A stretch of DNA of 64,000 bases from Minisyncoccota bacterium (GTDB lineage: Bacteria > Patescibacteriota > Minisyncoccia > Phycocordibacterales > JABMNX01): NCBI GenBank assembly GCA_965222715.1, contig OZ244961.1, positions 76,609-140,608 of the forward strand, in the 5' to 3' direction. Made by a program: the position numbers and the translations under genes. The notes under the pieces were generated by a model. The model had not been told where the DNA came from, searched no databases, and saw only the letters and a program-made list of their open reading frames with translations. Numbering within the stretch: position 1 is the stretch's first letter; each line of letters opens with the position of its first letter. Shown in pieces: positions 58,421 to 64,000 of the stretch.

Positions 58421-58610
58421 CCAAGGGAGAAGTACCATGAAACGCATCTATGTGGGTGGTGAGTACGACGAACACCCAACCGACGGTCCACACCCGACCG
58501 ACTAAGCGCCATGTCTTCATTCGCCTTGAAAGGGCGGCCGCCAGTCTTGCAATTGCTAGATCCGACGACCGCTCTTTTCCTGCCTACCTCTGTGCTACTA
58601 TATATCCCGT

Positions 58611-59280
58611 TATGACTCCGACTCAAAAAACTGAACGAACAAAACGGGCTAAAAAAATAATCAAAGAGTTACGGACGCTCTATCCCGACTCTAAGACAGA
58701 ACTCAATTACAGTACTCATTGGGAGCTTTTGGTTGCGGTTATCCTTTCAGCGCAATGTACCGACAAGCGGGTGAATGAGGTTACGCAGACACTTTTTAAG
58801 AAATATAAAACACTTGATGAGTATGTAGACGCATCTCTGAGTGAGTTTGAAGAAGATATTAGGTCAACTGGGTTTTACCGAAATAAAGCAAAAAATATTT
58901 TAGCTGCGGCTCGTGTAGTAAAAGAAGATTTTAAAGGAAAGATTCCAAAGACAATTGAAGAAATGCTCACTATTCCTGGTGTTGCACGAAAGACTGCAAA
59001 TGTTGTTTTGGGGAATGCGTATGGAATTTACGAAGGTATTGCTGTTGATACGCACGTACGGCGACTTGCACTTAAATTTGATCTTACTGATTATAAAGAT
59101 CCAGTACGAATTGAGAGAGATTTAATGGAGATTATTCCTAAGAAAGATTGGAAATATGTTAACCATCAAATGGTTATGTATGGACGTTACATCTGTACAG
59201 CACGTCCTCATGAGTGCAAAGAGCACCCTCTAACAAAGATATACCCAGAGGCTGCCAAGAATTGGCCACTTTCTAAATAG
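58611..59280 (+). CDS. nth: Endonuclease III-like HhH-GPD DNA glycosylase (appears to lack a complete Fe-S cluster motif)
   Basis: ELNYSTHWELLVAVILSAQCTDKRVN, HhH-GPD (LTIPGVARKTANVVL), catalytic Lys/Asp context. The C-terminus has only two Cys, not the Cx6Cx2Cx5C motif. Confidence 0.75.
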
Positions 59281-59333
59281 AGCATTATGGGTGGGGCGTT
59301 GCATGCTCTACATCGCTCAGTATAATAGGCGGT

Positions 59334-60254
59334 ATGCATATACTCTCTCGACTCATTTTACTCATTATTATTCTAGTCATCATGGGTGGGCTTGTTGGTT
59401 TTGTGCTAGGTATACAGCAAAGTGAAGAATCGCTCGATACGCTCTCCCAGAGAATTACAGAATTAGAAGAATACATTGGATTGGTTGCACAAGAGTCAGC
59501 TGAGAATACTGATGAACTCGAGAGAAGGGAATCATTACGCCAAAAATCACAAGATGAGCTCCTAACAACTGCTGTAGCAACAATTGCACCATCAGTTGTA
59601 TCTATTGTTGTCTCAAAAGATGTTCCTAAACTTGAAGTAGTGTATGAAAATCCTTTTGGTGACGATCCATTTTTCCAGAACTTTGGTATTCAAGTGCCTC
59701 GTATTGTCCAAAAAGGTACTGAAGTGCAACAGGTGGGTGCGGGAACAGGATTTTTTGTTCGTGAAAATGGATACATTGCAACAAATAGGCATGTAGTGAG
59801 TGACCCTGACGCAGTTTATACAGTTCTTCTTGCTGACGGTTCTCAAAAACAAGCTGAAGTCATCTACCGAGATACTGATATTGATTTTGCTATTATCAAA
59901 ATTCCAGGAGGCGGGTATGATGCTGCGGTACTTGGCACATCTTCAGAGCTAAAACTTGGACAATCAGTGTTTGCTATCGGGAACGCCCTTGGAGAATTTA
60001 GTAACTCAGTGTCAGTGGGTATTATCTCAGGACTTGATAGAGAGCTTTCGGCACTTGGTGCTGAAGGTCCAGAAGAATTAAAAGGTGTTATTCAAACTGA
60101 CGCAGCAATTAATCCAGGAAACTCAGGTGGACCACTCTCAAACCTCAATGGGGAAGTTATTGGTATTAATGTTGCTACAGCTCAAGGGGGAGATAATGTA
60201 AGTTTCTCGATTCCAATTGATTTTGTAAAAAATATTATTCAATCAATTCTCTAA
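59334..60254 (+). CDS. Trypsin-like serine protease (S1C/HtrA-like, no PDZ)
   Basis: N-terminal TM. Catalytic His (IATNRHVV), Asp (DTDIDFAIIKI), Ser (GNSGGPL). Confidence 0.75.
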   Translation: MHILSRLILLIIILVIMGGLVGFVLGIQQSEESLDTLSQRITELEEYIGLVAQESAENTDELERRESLRQKSQDELLTTAVATIAPSVVSIVVSKDVPKLEVVYENPFGDDPFFQNFGIQVPRIVQKGTEVQQVGAGTGFFVRENGYIATNRHVVSDPDAVYTVLLADGSQKQAEVIYRDTDIDFAIIKIPGGGYDAAVLGTSSELKLGQSVFAIGNALGEFSNSVSVGIISGLDRELSALGAEGPEELKGVIQTDAAINPGNSGGPLSNLNGEVIGINVATAQGGDNVSFSIPIDFVKNIIQSIL

Positions 60255-60257
60255 AGC

Positions 60258-60950
60258 ATGTCAAAAGAACAACAGGTTGCCATATTTGATGTTGACGGAA
60301 CTATTTTTCGATCGAGTCTTGTTATTGAGCTCGTCGAAGCTTTGATTGAAGAAGGTGTCTTCCCAGCTCGTGTTCAAAAACAGTACGAAAAAGACTATCG
60401 TGCATGGTTTGAACGAGAGGGTGGGTATGAAGAGTACATTACCGCTCTCGTGAAGACTTTTATGAAGCACATTAAAGGTGTGCATTACGGGACGTTTAGT
60501 GACATATCAAAAAAGGTGGTTGAGCGTCACCAAAAGCATGTGTATCGCTATACTCGTGATTTAGTAGAGGAATTAAAAAAGAACGGATATTTCATGCTTG
60601 CGATATCCCAATCACCCAAAACAGTGGTTGAAGCTTTCTGTAAAAATCTTGGATTTGATAAGGTGTATGGGCGTATTTATGAGATTGGGCCACAGAATCT
60701 TTTCACAGGTACGATTGTTGATGAACATCTTATTATGAACAAAGCAACAATCGTACGTCGAGCTTTTGAGAAAGAAAAACTCTCGCTTGACGGCTCGGTC
60801 GGGGTTGGAGATACTGAAGGAGATATACCATTCCTTGAATTAGTTGAACGGCCAATCTGTTTTAACCCAAACAATAATCTCTACAAACATGCGAAACGGA
60901 TGGGTTGGGAAATTGTAGTAGAACGTAAAGATGTTATTTATACATTATAA
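60258..60950 (+). CDS. HAD-superfamily hydrolase (HAD-IB / phosphoserine-phosphatase-like)
   Basis: Motif I VAIFDVDGTIF, motif IV GDTEGD. Confidence 0.65.
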   Translation: MSKEQQVAIFDVDGTIFRSSLVIELVEALIEEGVFPARVQKQYEKDYRAWFEREGGYEEYITALVKTFMKHIKGVHYGTFSDISKKVVERHQKHVYRYTRDLVEELKKNGYFMLAISQSPKTVVEAFCKNLGFDKVYGRIYEIGPQNLFTGTIVDEHLIMNKATIVRRAFEKEKLSLDGSVGVGDTEGDIPFLELVERPICFNPNNNLYKHAKRMGWEIVVERKDVIYTL

Positions 60951-60952
60951 CC

Positions 60953-61198
60953 ATGAAGCAAAGACTATATCGTTCAGAAGATAATAAAATAATTGCTGGC
61001 ATACTTGGTGGTCTCGGAGAGTATCTTGATATTGACCCAACTATTCTGAGACTGTTTTTTGTTGCAGTCACAGTATTTACAGGGATTATCCCTGGGGCAC
61101 TTATATATCTTGTTGCGCTCATTATCGTACCAAGAAGGCCTCACGGTGGCGCATTGCAACACACGGTTATTGAAGCAGGTGGTAAAACTGGAGAGTAG
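60953..61198 (+). CDS. PspC-domain membrane protein
   Basis: RSEDNKIIAGILGGLGEYLDIDPTILRLFFV followed by a TM helix. Confidence 0.6.
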   Translation: MKQRLYRSEDNKIIAGILGGLGEYLDIDPTILRLFFVAVTVFTGIIPGALIYLVALIIVPRRPHGGALQHTVIEAGGKTGE

Positions 61199-61200
61199 GT

Positions 61201-61317
61201 ATGCCAATTCGGAAGATCGTACTCCTTATTATTGTCATTGGACTCACTATTATTTTTGGAAAGCTACTCGCGCTCTATCTTGCCGATATGGTTTTATTTT
61301 TTGTAGAAACACGTTAA
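61201..61317 (+). CDS. Possible small TM peptide (38 aa), not in the ORF track
   Basis: GGAGAG RBS. Translation MPIRKIVLLIIVIGLTIIFGKLLALYLADMVLFFVETR. Tightly packed between pspC-like and mutY-like genes. Speculative. Confidence 0.2.
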   Translation: MPIRKIVLLIIVIGLTIIFGKLLALYLADMVLFFVETR

Positions 61318-62151
61318 ATGAGAACTCAAGCTTTTGAAAAGAAAGTGTGGGAATACTATAAGACACATAAACGTGATCTGCCGTGGCGAGCGCGTGGGAA
61401 TAGAAAACCCAATCCGTACCATATTTTGGTCTCTGAAATAATGCTTCAACAAACTCAAGTTGATAGAGTGATACCTAAATTTAACGACTTCATTGCCACC
61501 TTTCCTACTATATGTGATTTAGCTAATGCATCCTTAAAAGATGTTCTTATGAAGTGGCAAGGACTTGGGTATAATCGTCGAGCAAAAATGCTTCACGGCG
61601 CGGCTAAAGAAATATGTTACACCTATCGAGGTGTTGTACCTCGGGATACAGAAGTACTTAAGACACTTCCAGGTATTGGACCGTACACAGCAGGAGCTGT
61701 ATGTGCATTTGCATTTAATAAAAAAGTAACCATTATTGAGACAAATATTCGCTCAGCCTTCATTTATCATTTTTTTAAAGATAGAAAGGATGTACGTGAT
61801 GCTGACATCGTGCCATATATTGAAAGAACAGTTGAACATACAGAGAAACCACGTGAGTGGTATGCAGCACTCATGGATTACGGCTCAATGTTAAAACGGA
61901 CAGAAAAAAATCCATCTCGTCGCAGTCTACACCACACACAGCAAAAACCTTTTAAAAATTCAGATCGTCAAATTCGCGGTTTAATAGTAAAAACACTTCT
62001 CGAAAATGGTTCACTAACACGCATTGGTGTTGTGCGTAAATTGAGAGAGTGTAGTAAGGAATATAGCAAAGAGCGTATCAACCAACAGATTGATGCGCTC
62101 TCTAAAGAGGGTCTGGTGTCTATCTCACGAAATACACTGCAGGTTCATTAA
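61318..62151 (+). CDS. MutY/adenine-glycosylase-like HhH-GPD protein (no Fe-S cysteines, extended C-terminus)
   Basis: WEYYKTHKRDLPWR, VSEIMLQQTQV, HhH-GPD LKTLPGIGPYTAGAV. No 4-Cys cluster and no NUDIX-like MutY C-domain signature. Confidence 0.65.
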   Translation: MRTQAFEKKVWEYYKTHKRDLPWRARGNRKPNPYHILVSEIMLQQTQVDRVIPKFNDFIATFPTICDLANASLKDVLMKWQGLGYNRRAKMLHGAAKEICYTYRGVVPRDTEVLKTLPGIGPYTAGAVCAFAFNKKVTIIETNIRSAFIYHFFKDRKDVRDADIVPYIERTVEHTEKPREWYAALMDYGSMLKRTEKNPSRRSLHHTQQKPFKNSDRQIRGLIVKTLLENGSLTRIGVVRKLRECSKEYSKERINQQIDALSKEGLVSISRNTLQVH

Positions 62152-63905
62152 ACACCGAGTAGTACTGGAATAACAATAGGGTGTTTGTTTGTTTTTTGGA
62201 AGAGAAAGGCGCTTACTTCGTCAGTAATATTGTCTTTTACGTAGTCGAAGTTAATTGGATGCATTCCTTGCGTTGAGCGTTCCACCGTTTTCTTAATAAG
62301 GAGTCGTGTCTGCTGCAGCATGTCTTGTGATTCTCTAAGGTAAACAAATCCACGAGAAATAATATCGGGTGATTTACGTAATTGTCCGGTTTTTAAGTTA
62401 ATGGTTGCAATGACAACAAACATGCCATCTTGTGCGAGTGTTTTACGATCTCGGATGACTACGTCTTGTACGTCACCAATAGAGAACCCGTCAACCATCA
62501 TTGGACCAGCAGGTGCGCTTTCTTTTCGCACGATCATTTCTTCTCCTTTGATAATATCAATCACTGTTCCATTGTCGGCAACCACAATATTTTTCTCAGG
62601 AAATCCAGATTCAATAAGAGCGTTTGCATGACACCGTGTCATTGAATAGTAGCCATATGCTGGCATAAAGAATTTGGCACCAATTTGTTGATTGATCCAG
62701 ACAAGTTCACCAGTATTTCCATGCCCAGTTGAGTGTACGTCTGATGAGCGGTAGTGAATGACGTGTCCTGCGTGTCGATAAAGGTTGTCTTTAAGGCGTT
62801 GTACTGAAAGTTCATTACCAGGAATAACCGAAGAAGAAAGCACGATAGTGTCACGTTTATTCATCTTCACAAACTTATGGTTTCCTGTTGCAATACGCAT
62901 AAGTGCAGCAAATTCTTCTCCCTGCGCGCCTGTAGCCAAGATAACAATCTTATCTGGTGGGTAGTTATCAACCTCTTGGATAGGGATGAGCGTACCCTTC
63001 TTAGGTTTAAGCCGACCAGCCCGCTCGGCAATTTCCATATTAGTTTTAATGCTCCGACCCTCAGTAACGACTTTTTTCCCAAGTTCTTCACAAATTTCAA
63101 CAATCTTAATCATGCGCTCAAACTGTGAAGCAAAGGTTCCAATGATAAGGCGTCCTTTGGTGTTTTTAACGATATCTTCAAGTGTGTCATACACCTTTTG
63201 CTCAGGTACTGAAAAGCCACTTCGCTCAGCGTTAGTTGAGTCACCAATAAAAATAAGATTTTTTTCTTTCCCTATTTTTGCGTAGTTTTCCTGCTCACGT
63301 TTACTTGGTACACCATCTTCATGTTCAAGCTTTAGGTCACCACTTAATACGACATTTCCATATTCGGTCTCAATAATCATACCGGTTGAATCAGGAATTG
63401 AGTGGGTCACTGGGAAGGTACGCACCTTCAATTTTCCAAGGGTAACTGGAACGTTAGGGTCAAGAACGTGTATGTCATGTTTTACACCAGGGAATTCTTC
63501 AGCACGTTTCTTAATCATTATTGAGGTTAATTCACCAGTATAGATTGGGGGGTTACCAATACGATCAAGAATAAAAGGGATACCTCCAATGTGATCAAGG
63601 TGTCCGTGTGTAATAAGGAGCGCTCGAATTTTATGTTTCTTCTGCTCAAGGTAGTGTGTGTTAGGAAGAATGTAGTCTACTCCTGGTGCTTCTTCTGAAA
63701 CAAACTGAAAACCAGCATCAATAATGACAATGTCATCCTCTGTCTCAACAACAGTCATGTTTCGCCCAACCTCTTCAACACCTCCAAGGGGGATAACGCG
63801 CACGCCATCTTTAATTTCTGGCACAGCCTCCTCTCTACTTTTCCGTGCTGACTCTGCTGATGTTCGATGCACCATTCGTTTACTGGTTGTTGTTTGCTTA
63901 CGCAC
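62148..63905 (-). CDS. rnj: Ribonuclease J (MBL fold + beta-CASP + RNase J C-terminal domain)
   Basis: HGHLDHIGGIPFIL, beta-CASP motifs, ~560-585 aa. The exact start is uncertain (M at 63905 or a downstream Met). Confidence 0.85.
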   Translation of the reverse strand: MRKQTTTSKRMVHRTSAESARKSREEAVPEIKDGVRVIPLGGVEEVGRNMTVVETEDDIVIIDAGFQFVSEEAPGVDYILPNTHYLEQKKHKIRALLITHGHLDHIGGIPFILDRIGNPPIYTGELTSIMIKKRAEEFPGVKHDIHVLDPNVPVTLGKLKVRTFPVTHSIPDSTGMIIETEYGNVVLSGDLKLEHEDGVPSKREQENYAKIGKEKNLIFIGDSTNAERSGFSVPEQKVYDTLEDIVKNTKGRLIIGTFASQFERMIKIVEICEELGKKVVTEGRSIKTNMEIAERAGRLKPKKGTLIPIQEVDNYPPDKIVILATGAQGEEFAALMRIATGNHKFVKMNKRDTIVLSSSVIPGNELSVQRLKDNLYRHAGHVIHYRSSDVHSTGHGNTGELVWINQQIGAKFFMPAYGYYSMTRCHANALIESGFPEKNIVVADNGTVIDIIKGEEMIVRKESAPAGPMMVDGFSIGDVQDVVIRDRKTLAQDGMFVVIATINLKTGQLRKSPDIISRGFVYLRESQDMLQQTRLLIKKTVERSTQGMHPINFDYVKDNITDEVSAFLFQKTNKHPIVIPVLLGV

Positions 63906-64000
63906 ATGGTTGCGTTGAGAATTTCCTCTTCGAGAAGACCGAGAGGTACGTCCTCCATTTCCATTTCGTGTACCGCCACTTCTTGAGTGAGCATTTCTTC

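Overview
This 64 kb window looks like a small, AT-biased bacterial genome. Gene content and style suggest a Candidate Phyla Radiation (Patescibacteria)-type organism, but that is inference. TGA serves as an ordinary stop codon and RF2 is present, so the standard code is assumed. Host backbone genes include map, ndk, the rplT-rpmI-infC operon, smpB-ssrA, ftsH, recG, ligA, gatCA, prfB, ftsEX, pyrG, nth-like and mutY-like glycosylases, RNase J, and a complete type IV pilus/competence-like locus (comF, pilMNO, pilB, REC, pilT, pilC, pilin, pilD, four minor pilins). There are eight tRNAs. The most notable feature is a ~9.7 kb AT-rich insertion that ends exactly at the 3' end of the tmRNA gene. It carries a restriction-modification module (two beta-class N4/N6 DNA methyltransferases, a degenerate catalytically dead methyltransferase paralog between them, and a convergent 665-aa protein ending in an HNH nuclease motif), a Prim-Pol/P-loop replication protein preceded by iteron-like repeats, and two tandem serine recombinases whose last codons overlap the tmRNA 3' end. 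Other oddities are listed in the findings: a GC-rich pyrC-pyrD-EEP nuclease block next to tRNA-Ile; partial 5' and 3' tRNA-Ser copies flanking an intact tRNA-Ser and an AT-rich orphan gene; a tRNA cluster invaded by a HEPN-like and a LAGLIDADG-like gene; a recurring AACGCCAAG terminator stem; a DnaA-box-like cluster; and several small zinc-ribbon and acidic ORFs. No CRISPR array was seen.
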